Shown here in pieces: positions 26,009 to 40,348 of a DNA stretch of 64,000 nt. The notes beneath the pieces are model-generated. The model had not been told where the DNA came from. It saw only the letters and a list, made by a program, of their open reading frames with translations, and did not search any database. Source of the DNA: Eledone cirrhosa (lineage: Eukaryota); contig OZ024743.1 in NCBI GenBank assembly GCA_964016885.1, positions 109,120,001 to 109,184,000 on the forward strand, in the 5' to 3' direction. Within the stretch, counting starts at the first letter, position 1, and each line of letters begins with the position of its first letter. The translations under genes and the position numbers were made by a program.

Positions 26009-26401
26009 TTGGAGCGGTGAGAACAATTACACGCAATGTCAACACCACATTTATGGTATAAAAGAAGTCTGAAGCCCAGAATTATTCGGTTTCCTAAATA
26101 GAATATTAGTCTACGACTTCATGTATACCATAAACTTGCTTTTGTCTTTGCGTGTAACTGTCCTCGCGCTCAACACAATGACGTATTATCTTCGCTTTTA
26201 TCCGTTCATTGCCAAAGATGGTCTCCACAAACCACCTAAATAGAATATTAGTGTACGACTTCTGTCATAGCATAAACGTGGTTTTTAATTTGTTAGTATC
26301 TTGAATAATATTAAAAACTGCAGGAAACCGCTGTTGATTGCTTCTAGTCTATTGTAAAATTGTATTCGTTGAGTAATCAACGAACCATACTAATCTTTGG
26401 T

Positions 26402-26444
<43 letters not shown>

Positions 26445-26458
26445 GTGCGTGTGTGTTG

Positions 26459-26527
<69 letters not shown>

Positions 26528-26677
26528 TGCGACTAGAACTGTTTTATTAGCAGGAAATAACCGGGAATGCCGAATAAATTTGTTTGAGTCGGCATATATG
26601 GATTTTTTTGCGGTGGAGAGTACGAAGTTGGAAGGCGAAGCAATTTGAGAAAGAAGAAAGAGGGAAATGGGAAGTGG

Positions 26678-26748
<71 letters not shown>

Positions 26749-26749
26749 C

Positions 26750-26781
<32 letters not shown>

Positions 26782-26803
26782 CAGTAATTAGTAGTAGTAG
26801 TAA

Positions 26804-26857
<54 letters not shown>
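26678..26857. repeat. (TAG)n microsatellite
   Basis: Direct reading of the sequence. Confidence 0.95.
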
Positions 26858-26860
<3 letters not shown>

Positions 26861-27392
26861 GAGGAGGAGGAGGAGGTCGAGAGGGGGGGGGGCATTGGAT
26901 TGTTTTGATCACTGGTGTTGTTTTAATCATGTGTTATGTGGGGGCCATAAAGTAATTGGAGTCATCTTATTTTATTTTATTTACTTGTTTATGGGTAAAG
27001 AATCAGCGTATCTAGTACCTTATTTTACTGTGGTCTGATATATGTCTTTGTGGATGTTTATGAGAGTGTGCGCATGTGTGTCATGGCGAGAAGGGGGTGC
27101 AAGTTTATACACTAACAACAAAAATGTTGATAAATATCTTCATTTTATTCGTTTTCCTTTGATGATTCATTCAATCTCATGCTGCAAATTGTGAGATATG
27201 TAGTAAAAGACCGATAATACACTGGGTAAAATATAACTTTGTTTTGTTTCATTTGTCATCATTTTTGCCCTCCATATTTTTCTAGCACATTGTGCTGACT
27301 TGAAAAAATATATCACAAACATACACAAAACACACACCAACATATACACACACACGAACATACACACACACATGCGCACGAGCACACTCACG

Positions 27393-27457
<65 letters not shown>

Positions 27458-27508
27458 TACTACTACAACTACTACTCTTCCTTCAACACTTCGTTCCCCC
27501 CTTACTTT

Positions 27509-27581
<73 letters not shown>

Positions 27582-27748
27582 ATGCTATTAATAAATGGGA
27601 ACTATATTTATAAAACCATATTTATTCTATTATATATAATTCAAGGGTACCAAAACTTGGAGTTATTTTAGGTTCACCTTGGTGAGCACTCGATGTTTAT
27701 GTTCACTTCATTGTCGAGGTGTAGAGCTAGACAGAGTGTATTATAGTG

Positions 27749-27930
27749 GTGGATTGGCAGTATCGGTAGAGGGTCGGACGCAATGCTTTCCAGCATAGTT
27801 ACGTCCCTTTACGATCTGAGTTCAAATCCCGCCGAGGTTGACTTTGCCTTTCATCCTTACAGGGTCGATAAAATAAAGTACCAGTAATGCATTAGTGTAT
27901 TGCTGGCCTTGTGCCTAAAGTAGAAACAAT
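27749..27930 (+). mobile_element. Full-length tRNA-derived SINE with TSD
   Basis: A box TGGCAGTATCGG, B box GAGTTCAAATCC. Duplication attatagtg at 27740-27748 and 27929-27937. Confidence 0.92.
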
Positions 27931-27988
27931 TATAGTGAAATAAATTAGCCAGGACGATTGGTTTTCTTCTTCATTGCGTTTATTGGTT

Positions 27989-28073
27989 GGTGACGCGCGT
28001 TTCGCCACTGATCAGATAAAGGTTCGATCTGTATCGATCTGACCCGATTTGGTAATCCGTGGCTCGTCAGACC
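27989..28073 (-). ncRNA. Type I hammerhead ribozyme with an extended stem II
   Basis: Reverse complement: ggt-CTGACGA-gccac...gtggc-GAAA-cgcgc-GTC-acc; palindromic stem III acgcgcgt; aataaa downstream. Confidence 0.9.
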
Positions 28074-29692
28074 CCTTGAAATGATAATGGAAAAATGAAT
28101 ATACATGCTATAGGAGAAAGTCTGATGTTCCTATGGTGGTCAGTGAAGTTTGTTTTCATTGGTGGGTTAATACATATGGATGTTTTTGCCTGTATAGGTG
28201 GGGGTGGTTGGGTGTCGTGATAAGTTGGTGGTGCCGGGCGTAGGTTGAAGAGGGGGCGGTGTAGGGGTGCTGGTTGTCGGTAGACATTTGGCATGCAGAT
28301 GTGGCTGATTTTTGTGTGTGGTGTGGGTGCAGCGATGTTGTAGTTTATGATACTGGATGAAATGTTGCGGTGTTTAGGGTGGGGTTATATGTGTGGTAGT
28401 GGATTGTTAAGGGGCTCATGTTATAAGGAGTTAATGTTCAGAGTATATGTAAGAGCATATAGATACATATATATATATATATACACGCAGCCAGACAAAC
28501 ATATTATATACATACACGTGTTTATATATATATAGCCAGTGGAGAGGGCGATTGCACAAACATACGTACACACAGACACACACACATGCGTTGTTCAAGG
28601 TGGGATGATAGGTGTGGTATGTGTTGGTGATGTTGATAGCTGTGGTTGTATCGCGATGTGTTGGTGGTGGTGGGGGTGATGGTTATGATGGGTGCGACAT
28701 GATATTTACATGATCGAACGTTACGATGGGTTACAAGTAAAAAAACTGACAGAGAAACACAGATGAAACAATGGTACACTTTCACTATAATACACTCTGT
28801 CTAGCTCTACACATCGACACTGAAGTGAAACTAAACATCGAGTGCTCACCCGGGTGAACCTATAGTAACCCCAAGTTACACTCACTGGATATATAGCTCC
28901 TCTTAACTAGTAGAGCGCTCACCTGGAACACAATGGAATTGTTCCAGAAAACTTCCTCCCTAAAGGACATACCCATACCATAGGATGATATATACTAATG
29001 CAGACCAACACCTTCATTAGAAGGATCCGTTGGAGGGCCCACCACTATAACAACAGGACGAGCCTGGATCCGATGACAATTCCACCAACCATATGAAAAG
29101 ACTATTCAAATCGAGGAAAAACCCACCGCACAACCCACTCCTCGAGGAGTTTAAAGACAGGATTATTACCATGGTCTGGATTATTACATTTAGAAAACCC
29201 CCGCGAAATCCTGATAGAAGTGCATTCCTGTCAAGACTTGCATCCACCGTAAAGGATGTCAGGAAAAGCCCTGGCATCATCGTACCGACGGATAATACCG
29301 GACTTTCAGAGCAAACTAACGGTCTTACTCATAGCTCCCTCCAAATCAGACCTAGGTACAGTAAGTAAATCTATCATTGACCGGATATAACCCGAGTTAA
29401 GGAGGGGACAAAACTCAGCCTCTGGTCCTGCACTAGAGATGCAATCGACTGGTTGTCCAGCATTGACACCATGTCGTATGTTCTATTCGTCCAATTGGAC
29501 ATTGCGAGCTAGTACGCCTCTATATCCCCGGTCATTCTAAACAAGGCATTGATCTCAGCCATAAACAGATGAAGACTCACTAGAAAGGAGATAGACATCT
29601 TACTAGTATATTGGAAAAACTAACGAGAATTTGGCGGTATAATTTGACGACAAAATAGATCAGATAGTTTCGACATTATCATTACAAAGTAT

Positions 29693-29758
<66 letters not shown>

Positions 29759-29762
<4 letters not shown>

Positions 29763-29959
29763 AACAACTGTGATGTGAAATAAGTGTGATATTATTTCTA
29801 ATAATATATTTGTTTCTGTACTTATCTACTCTCCGGAGAAATTTGACATTATATATATATATATATAATGTCAAATTTCTCCGAAGAATAGATAAGTACA
29901 CAGACAAATATATTATTATAAATAATTTCACAGTTATTTCGCATCACAGTTGTTTGATA
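29759..29959. repeat. ~200-bp palindrome centred on (TA)n
   Basis: atcaaacaactgtgatg...gagaaatttgacat (TA)n atgtcaaatttctc...catcacagttgtttgat. Confidence 0.9.
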
Positions 29960-30757
29960 CACTAGCGTTTCGAAGTCTACTTTTGCTTACATTATATATA
30001 TGATAGCTTTTCTTGTGCTTCTATGACCTGTGTGTGCTTGAATAGGCTTTACAAACTAATCAAGCAACAGTTTTGTGAAATTATTTTTCACGTTTATGGA
30101 TGAATGCTGGGTCAAATATTGCTAAGCAACCTGAGCGAAGTTCTAATGATTCAGCCACTAAGGCAACACTAATTATTATTCACACTTCCTACTACTTTCT
30201 ATATTTGAATTCTATCAATTTATTTTCAAGGTTGACCCACTTGATTTTATTTATTAATCATTTAGATCAAAGGTTCTCAATTTGGGCATATGCACCCCTG
30301 GGGGCGTTTCGGAATTCCAGGGTGGCGTTTGGGAGCAAGGTCGCGTTAGGGGCGCGTTTGGAGAGGGGGGGTGGGGGGAGGCTCTTTCCTTTTGTAAGTT
30401 TTATAAGCCATATTTGTATGTCTTTGAGACAGCCAGTGTGAATGCATTTGAATGAGCCTGCAGACAGCATGACTATAGTGTGACCGCAGCTGTGAGCAGT
30501 TGTGCAGGCGTGTTTAGATATTAACCGGCAAATGAGATCCTAAAAATGGAAAAATCCATAGTCAACTGGGTCAAGGACACTTGGAGCGGAGCCAGTTAGA
30601 ATCTTATCTTTCCTTCACCGATAACAATGTGTTTCATGTCTGAAATTATTGACTCAACCGTAGCGAGTTAACACTATGTAGATCTATTTCATTCGCTATT
30701 GTATAAATAATATTACAAATAAAAAAAGGAAAAGAAAAAACACAGAAGTTGGTTGCA

Positions 30758-31107
30758 CACACATCTAGAACCATATTCAACACATAATCAGGTAATACAT
30801 ACATATAGGACAACATACAACACACAGGCAGGTAATACATACATATATGACCACATACAACACACAAGCAGGTAATACACACATCTAGGACCACATACAA
30901 CACATAATCAGGTAATAGAAACATCTAGGACCAGATATAACACATAATCAGGTAATACAAACATCTAGGACCACATACAACACATAATCAGGTAATACAT
31001 ACATCTAATACCACATGCAACACACAAGCAGGTAATACATACATATGGGACCACATGCAATACATAAGCCAGGTAATACATACATCTAGGACCACATACA
31101 ACACACA
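30758..31107. repeat. 40-bp minisatellite, ~8-9 copies, inside the hAT element
   Basis: Unit approximately acacataatcaggtaatacatacatctaggaccacataca. Confidence 0.92.
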
Positions 31108-32149
31108 TTGTATCATGTGCTACAGACGACGCGAGAGCAATGGTCGGCCAACATGAGGGTTTCGTCACTCTTCTGAAGAGAGAAAATCTATCTGTATTTG
31201 TGGTTCATTGTGTCATTCATCGACAACACTTGGCTGCAAGAAACTCAGCAAGCCGCTGAGCAAGTTCTTGCAGGTGCCCATTCATGTCATCAATTTTATC
31301 AAACGGCATTCCCTCAATGAACGAATTTTCCGGCAACTGTGCCAAGATAATGACGAAGAATTCGTCAAGTTGTTCCTTCATACTGAAGTGAGGTTGCTTT
31401 CAAATGGAAAGTCTTTTACTCACTTATTTGAACTCTTCGACTCTATCATTGTGTTTCTGCGAGGACGCAACACAGAACTGTACAAGAAAACCCCTACCTC
31501 ACCGACATCTTCGACAAATGCAATAGCGTCATTTTGGCTTTGGAGGGGAAGATGATCACCTTGCTTAAAGCAAGGAATGCTGTGAAAACATTCCTGGCCA
31601 AATTGAATGTCTTCGAAAGGAATCTTTGTTGACGGGAATTCTATAGATTTTCTAGTGTCGCCAATGTTCAAAACATTGTAAGCGATGACCAACTCCAAAT
31701 TTATACCACTCACCTCTGTGCACTACAAGACAACATGAGAGAATCGTTTATAAACCTTTTCCCAATGGACATTCCAATGTGGATAGCAGACCACTTCATA
31801 GCTAACTTCGACAATTTGGATGTTAAATTTCAGGTAGAATTCATTGAACTTCAAGCAAATGACATGATCAAAATTAGATTTCCTAAAATAGCTGAACCTC
31901 TTGTTGGCATGCAAGAGGAAATTCAGCGTCGATTTCCACACCTACATGCAGAGGCTAAAAGATTTGATCTGCCTTTTCCAAGCTCATACCTAGTCGGGAG
32001 GAGGTTTGATGTTGTTTCAAGACTGCACTATAAGTCTGGCAACCGCTACAATGTATATTACACGTGGAGATCTCTGGCTACATCTTAGGAAAATTCAGCC
32101 TCACGTCAAAGAGTTAGCTAGACTCCATGAAGCTCAAGGGTCCCATTGA
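31105..32149 (+). pseudogene. hAT transposase C-terminal half, frameshifted
   Basis: ATDDARAMVG, HCVIHRQHLAA (CxxH), LHTEVR(W>L)LSNGK and LPFPSSYLV motifs. Confidence 0.88.
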
Positions 32150-34356
32150 AATGAGGTCAAAGTTAAAGTAAGTTGATTTATCCGAAAAATTGGATGTGCT
32201 GTTGTTACAAAGCAAACTAACAATTTCTTTTATTTGTAGTTGCAGTCTGGCTGGACTGGAAACCACTTACTACAATTCACTTACTTATTTGTTGTATATA
32301 TTTTACCATTTACTAATAAATATACCCTCCCGCGTGGTCATGAAACCCCTCTTCCGTGGTCTCTAAGCTCACAAAGCAGAGGGGACATCATGTTAGATAA
32401 CAACATTTATCCTGTACGTTTCATTAAAAGGAAAACTGGAAAGCTTTTAAATGATATACTTGCCACTTTCTTCCACATAAGAGCACTCTTGGGATAGACA
32501 GAGTTGCTCTTGTATAAATATTCAAAATAGCTGGTATCGCTTGGTGGGAATATAACAAATTCAACTGGCCGTTATTCATAAAAAAGAACATTTATGTTCC
32601 TATTTTTTGTTCCTATTTTTTGAAATTTATATATTTCCTTTCGAGGAGTGTATTTATACTCTCAGCTGCCCTTGGAATGTTGTTAATTTTTCAGTAATCT
32701 ACTGATATCAAAATCAGTAGTATATTGAAAAATGGAAAAATAGGGTAGGGGGCGTTTCGTGATTTCGAGGGACAAAAGGGGGCGTTTGGCCTAAATGGGT
32801 TGTGAATCTGTGATTTAGATAATGAATTATTTTTCTTTTCTGTTGAGATACCATACTGATTAATTAAGTTTTGGAGGCTTATTGCATTATCTATACTAGT
32901 CTTTACGTTTCCCATAGATTTTCCTGTAGAAGTAGTTAGTCCCACCTTATTTATATTGTAATGGCGCTTTTAAGTGTTTGTTTCATTTTCTTTGTTCTTC
33001 CTTAAATCCTTCACAAACTCTCAATACAATTTCAGAGCTTAGGGTAGGATCTCATATAAATCAAATACTGCGCTATCGATAAGGTACATCTTTCCAACGT
33101 AGGCCCCATGTTCAGTGTTATTTGAAGAAAATTACACTGGGTATGAATTTATACATTCATAGGAAAACATAAAATATTGAGTTAAACTGATTGTATTGAT
33201 TGAGTATATTTGGTTGCCTAGTTAATGACATTTCATTATTTAGAATTTGGTTTCCATATGAACAATATTTAAGGCAATATTCCTAATTATTGGATTTTAC
33301 GTGTGAAAATGAAAGCTGTTTGCATCACAATAATTGCTATTTTGGTCAGATACCTCTGACCCAGTTATAAGATATATAAGTGTCTCATTCACAGTAGGCA
33401 GTTATTCACATTATTTCCAACTAAGCGCCATATGTGTATGCTGAAAAGCAGTACGAAATTAATTGTATAATCTTTATTGAATTCTCTCGTATATAAATAT
33501 AAAACACATAAAATTATATCTTATATATATACAACGTATATAACTAAAAAATATAAACGTTTCTAGCAATAACCGTGTGGTATTTCAAACAAAATATATA
33601 TTTAATGTGGCAAAACGAATAGAAATAATTATTAGATACTGGAACTTAAAAAACATAATAACAAATATATTCGTTCAATGTAAAAATCATTCTTAAGGCT
33701 CCTATCTTTATTTAATACTAAATAAAAGTGTCAAAACACACACGTACCCACATATACACTGAGACCGACAGACACACACGTTTCTCCAACGTCTTTTTTA
33801 ATGATATTTTCATTGTAACAACACAGCCTAATTTTGAAATCAACATGTTGTTTACTACTGCTGTGACACTCTAACTCTCGCTTTCTCCCTCTCCTTCCGT
33901 CTATCTCTCTATCTCCCTCCCCCTCTTCCTCCCTCTCCCCTCTATACCCCCTATTCCCCCCTCTTTCTCTCTATATCTAGCTATATCTCCCCCACCCCCA
34001 CCCTCCCCTCCAGTGTTTAATACTACCCTAAACTTCTAAGCCTTTATCTCAGTCTTTTCTGATTTGACACCGATCTAGTACTCATCCTCGCTCTGCCTCT
34101 CCTATTAATATTATCTCAATTTAACTTGTAATGCGGCTGTGACCCTATTGGGTGGCTGTTACTGTCCAGATATGCATGCCGAGTTTGGGAAGAGGGGTAG
34201 TCCCTATTTGATTTACAGAATTTGGTCGATCACTGCGGTTTTGTTTAGCAGGAATTATGAGCAAAAATTGCCGTTAGATTTACGGTGTTTGTGAGTATTT
34301 GTGTACTGATAGAATTAATAAGGTTCTTATAAATCTAATCTATCTATCTATCTATC

Positions 34357-36663
34357 GACGGCCTACCGCGACTCTCCGACAGCGAGGCAAAGTTCTGCGA
34401 AAAGCCGATTTCAGCCGCTGAGATAGGGGACGCGCTGTGCCAAGGGGGCAAACGCAAATCTCCAGGTCTCATGGTCTACCCTATGAATTTTACGTAGCAA
34501 TGCCGGACTTATTCTTCGGTCTCCTGAAATCTGTCTACTGCAACTGGCAACAGAACGGGAGAATTCCTAGTTCTGTGACCGGGGGCGTAGTCACACTAGT
34601 CAGGAAGGACGAGAATAAGGGGGATGACATAGGCAACTTCCGGCCCATAACTCTGCTAAATACAGAGTTACAGATTTTAGCCAAGGTGTTGGCAAAGATG
34701 CTGGCGCTTGTCGTCGAGAACCTGGTGGGAGAAGCGCAGACATGCGCAATCCCGGCCAGGTCCATACACGACAACCTCCACCTTATGCGATACATCATAG
34801 AGAGGGTAGGGTGTAAACCCGGCTTCGGTGGGGCCCTGATCAACTTGGATCAGTCTAAGGCTTTCGATAGGGTTCACCATCTTTACCTGGATGCGGTGCT
34901 CGAGGCGGCAGGCTTCGGACCCGTGTTCAGGCGCTGGATTGCGGCAATGCAAAACGGCATCATCTGCTCAAAGGTTAAGGTGAACGGCTACCTCTCTGAG
35001 CCATTCCATATCACGCGATCCATTCGACAGGGATGCCATCTCTCCTCCCTTGTGTACGTATTGACTCTCGAGCCACTACTGCGGAAGTTGGAGCTATTGC
35101 AGGGCATCCCGCTGGACCCAAGACTGCGGAAAGTCACGCCGACGACGTGACAGTAATTGTGTCGAGCGCCGCGCAAATCGAGGAAGTCGGCAATTACTGA
35201 TGGAATACGAAAGTTTCACTGGAGCGAAGCTGAACCGGGACAAGTCCATCAGTTTGCAACTCGGATCGTGGAGAGGCAAGCCGATGCCTTCCGATGGTGG
35301 AGAAGAACTGGAACAAGGTGTCGGTCAAGGTGTTTGCACTCACCCAGAAGTGGGCCGTGTCCAAACTATCCTTGGAAGATCGAGCGGAGGTGGCGAACAC
35401 TTTTATAGCGTCCGCCATCTACCACCGGTTGACCGTCGTGCCTTGTCCAAAACGTTCGCCAAAATGGAGCGCGCGCTCTTCCAATTCCTTTGGAAGAGGC
35501 GGGCTCCTTTGGCGAGAAGATCCATCTGCTGCCAACGCCCTTCCACTGGAGGGCTGGGGTTGCCGTGGCTGACGATGCGCAAACACGCACTCAGGCTGCG
35601 GCATCTCTACGTATTCCTCACCGAACAACCGGTGTGGGCCCCGTTCGTGAAGCGAGCCTTCCCACGGCTCGTCTCGCTGACCGAGCTGCAGTCCTGGGTC
35701 AAGCAACGACCGATGAAAATGGGCGACTGGCAGATCGAAAGTGCTCAGGCGCTCACAGCCCTCTGGCAGGCGGACCGGTGATCAGTGGAGACTCCACTTC
35801 GTCATTCTATAGAGGGTTGATCCGCAGCAAGTGCGACGACGTGCTCGCTGAAACTCTAGGCGTAGAGGAAGACGAACTGGCCAGTCTGTTCGGTAAGACT
35901 TTCCGCCCGGGACCGATGGACAACTTCCAAAAGTCCCTGGCCTGGCAGTGCTACCGAGGAGCTCCACTAGTTCGAGACAAGCTCTACAGACATGGGCGCC
36001 CGGGAAGTGACCCTGCAAAAAAAATTTCTGAAGTGCGTGCGACACGGAGAAACCGTCGCGAACGCATTCATACACTGTCCGGGCGTCACCGACCTGTGGG
36101 GCTATGTAGAATGACTATTGTCGCGGGTTGGACCAATCCGGTTGACCACCGAGTCCATTGTCATGATCAAACCGCCACCCTCCTTCAAAAACGAAGGAGA
36201 GGTGGTTTTCCTTTATGTGATAGCTATGGCGAAAGAGGTTGTATGGTGGACAAGGTTGAAAGGGTTGAGGTCAGACACCTTTCTCTCCGGCCAACAACTG
36301 ATTCTTTTTTTCAAATACCACTTTGGAAGAAGAATCAGGATGGAGAGAGAGGTGCTGTACCCCAGCAAGTTTATGAAAAGTGGCTGAAAGTAGCGAGAAT
36401 GGCCCGAGTGAATGGGCCTTCTCTCTATATCAGCCTGTAGGTTGAGGAAAAAGAGGAGGAGAGGAAAGGAGTACACACTCTTCGTACTCCTGGAGATGAG
36501 GGTTGCACATTTTTTTTCGGGGGTATGTGTTACCCATATGAAATGTCTCCGACTAATTTTTAAATTGCATTTGTGATAATATTTTACACGTTTTTATTGT
36601 ATGTAAACGTCCCCCTTTGTATTTGTCCCCTTCTTTTGTGCCCATGTGGCAAATAAAGAAACA
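34357..36663 (+). mobile_element. Tx1/L1-clade LINE, 5'-truncated ORF2 (RT + C-terminal region), frameshifted, in (TCTA)n
   Basis: NFRPITLLNTE, LDQSKAFDRV, SIRQGCHLS and a HADD remnant. 3' end aataaagaaaca then (tatc)n; (tcta)n also lies at the 5' junction. Confidence 0.9.
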
Positions 36664-36684
36664 TATCTATCTATCTATATATAT

Positions 36685-37440
<756 letters not shown>

Positions 37441-37587
37441 TATATATGTATGTATGTAAAAGCTAAGAGATGTCAACATTATTATTTTTATCTAAAGACA
37501 TTTTTTCCTATTCCATCAAGCGTTAACCTAATATATACCTTCCATATACTGTACCGATTGTGTTGTTATTTCTGTTTACCTTTTACG

Positions 37588-37619
<32 letters not shown>

Positions 37620-37763
37620 CGCTTACGTGGACCTCTCAAAATTCGTTGGATATTCTGATTGGACTTTCACCTCGACACTGGATACCAACTCGGAGTACAC
37701 CTGAACTTCCACCAGGAAATCTTTCGTATCTTTGAAATTTTCTTTGCTTCTTATATGCATATA

Positions 37764-37824
<61 letters not shown>

Positions 37825-38100
37825 AGTATAGAAATTGTTGTAGCGAGAAGCTAACAGTATTCCATAACATATATGTGACTATAGCGTCAAAATGGGAAAA
37901 TAGTTAACATAATAATTCAGACTCAATTCAAAAGGAATCAGGATATAGATTTATCCAACAGAATTAGAGAAATCCAGGGAAAAATCAATAGAGCCTTAAC
38001 TCATGATAAAACAAAGGCTAAAGTACTCAACCTTCAATTTGAGACAACTTCAAATGCTCTGTATAGTCTTGAAAAGACTATTTCACGATATTCATTTATT

Positions 38101-38240
<140 letters not shown>

Positions 38241-38342
38241 AATGAAGTAATTCCATCGGAAAAGTCCAGGAAAAAAGAGTGCTCTATGTAGGCAACAGAG
38301 CTTAATTATTATTATTATGTAATAAACAACATAAGGCAATTA

Positions 38343-38386
38343 TTCCATTTACCAGTGGTTTCTTAAAAGCAATCCTCCGAACGGAA
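38343..38386 (-). ncRNA. Mutated hammerhead copy (core CGGAGGA, stem II deleted)
   Basis: Reverse complement: ttccgtt-CGGAGGA-ttgcttttaa-GAAA-ccactg-GTA-aatggaa. Confidence 0.7.
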
Positions 38387-39302
38387 AAAGCTGGTTTGTT
38401 TATTGAATTTGGATTACAAAACCAAAAATGCAATCTATATGAAAGTGAGGCTGGAGAAGGGAGAAGGAAAGGAAGAATAAAATAAAACTACGCATGCAAA
38501 CACACACACAAAAAACAAACAAACCCAAAAGCATACTTACACACACATACATATATACATATATATATATACGCATACATATATACATATACACATATAT
38601 ATAAAACGTACACTTACCTACACAAACACATAAATACACACATATACACATACATACATTAATACATATACACACACGCACACACACACACACACACACA
38701 CGCACATATCCACACACATATATATATGTACATATATATATATATATACATACATATATATACATATACACACATACACATACACACACATACACACACA
38801 TACACATGTGTGTGTACAAGCATACACATACACAAACATAGCTGTACACACACATATATATACACATACATACATTCACACAAACATACAAAACGTACAT
38901 ACATACACATACAAGAATGCACTCCTCTACATATTCACACACGCAAATAAATATAAATATAAGAAAAAAAAAATATATATATATATATATATGTAAGAGG
39001 GTGTTAAAGTTTGCTTGAAGCAATGTGAAATGTGTAAAATACGTAGTTAAGAAAGCCACAACAATGCAGAGGGAAATCTCGAGGTAGGAAGTGAAAGATA
39101 GATAGGAAAAACAGGTGAAAGTGAAAATTGAGAGAGACAAAGATGAAAACAAAACAAAGGTAGAAGGGTTACCGTAGTGGAGATTTAATCCCAATATTTC
39201 GGGCTCACGCCCATCAACGGGGGAAAGTTCCAAAAGGGGGGGGGGGGGGGGGGGGGCAGGCCAAGCCGAGAAAGTTGTGATGTCGTTAAGATAGGAATGC
39301 CG

Positions 39303-39487
39303 TTACCTCCTCTTAGCCCCGCCCCCCATATATATTCTTTTTGTTTTGCCCTTCACATACCTATGTGTATGTGTATGTATTTTTGTGTGTATATATACAC
39401 ACACATATATATACATACACATACACATAGGTATGTGAAGGGCAAAACAAAAAGAATATATATGGGGGGGGGCTAAGAGGAGGTAAA
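39303..39487. repeat. ~185-bp hairpin inside the PLE 3' UTR
   Basis: ttacctcctcttagcccc...ttttgcccttcacatacctatgtgtat / atacacataggtatgtgaagggcaaaa...ggggctaagaggaggtaa. Confidence 0.9.
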
Positions 39488-39948
39488 AATATAAGGGGAG
39501 GTAAGAGAGAAAAAAAATTTAAATATACAAGAGTACAGAAGGTAGAATCAGCGAAATAAAAACCGTAGCAGAAGTAAAGAGCAGGAAAGGAGTTCAAGGC
39601 GGTTGATTTATCATAGGAGTGTCAATCCAGTTACAGATCAGATGCGATTTCAGATGAGGACAGCATCTGAAGATCTCAGTCTTTGAGTTAAGGCAAGCGG
39701 AAGTGGCTCTCAAGTTTAGCAAAATCCTATACTTTTCTGTGGTACACAAAGAACAATTCTTTGTGCCCCTTTGGTACTCTCTCGAATGGTCTAATATAGA
39801 CCAATCAATAGAGTACGGGATATTACTATCCTTGAGATCCCATACCTTACTTGCGAGGGCCGTTGATGTTCGTTTATCAGAGTGCTTAAAAGAAGCGACA
39901 TGTGAGTAAAATCTGGTTTGTGTATTTGTATATATGTATGCGTACATA

Positions 39949-40009
<61 letters not shown>

Positions 40010-40167
40010 AAGTATGCTTTTGGGTTTTTTTTGTTTTTTTTTGTGTGTGTGTGTTTGCATGCGTAGTTTTATTTTATTCTTCCTTTCCTTCTCCCTTCTC
40101 CAGCCTCACTTTCATATAGATTGCATTTTTGGTTTTGTAATCCAAATTCAATAAACAAACCAGCTTT

Positions 40168-40227
40168 TTCCGTTCTGAGGATTGAAAGCAAAACCTTTTG
40201 CTTTTAAGAAACCACTGGTAAATGGAA
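40168..40227 (+). ncRNA. Type I hammerhead ribozyme, intact
   Basis: ttccgtt-CTGAGGA-ttgaaagcaaaa(cc)ttttgcttttaa-GAAA-ccactg-GTA-aatggaa; 7-bp stem I and a long stem II. Confidence 0.92.
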
Positions 40228-40262
40228 TAATTGCCTTATGTTGTTTATTACATAATAATAAT

Positions 40263-40348
<86 letters not shown>

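Larger units (their letters stand above)
27580..29600 (+). mobile_element. Decayed Naiad PLE 5' part with an inverted upstream pLTR
   Basis: + strand FKSRKNPPHNPLLEEF...IIVPTDNTG, with later LSLW and VQLDIAS*YASI traces. 27653-27748 is an inverted copy of 28783-28878; HHR on the - strand. Confidence 0.7.
30268..32812 (+). mobile_element. hAT DNA transposon (Buster/Charlie-like), internally deleted
   Basis: 8-bp TSD atttagat at 30260-30267 and 32813-32820. Imperfect TIRs caaaggttctcaa / ttgtgaatctgtg; ggggcgttt subterminal motifs at both ends. Confidence 0.88.

Noticed and set aside
30758-31107. CRISPR-like array
   Set aside because: Contiguous 40-bp units without unique spacers, in a eukaryotic context with no cas genes.
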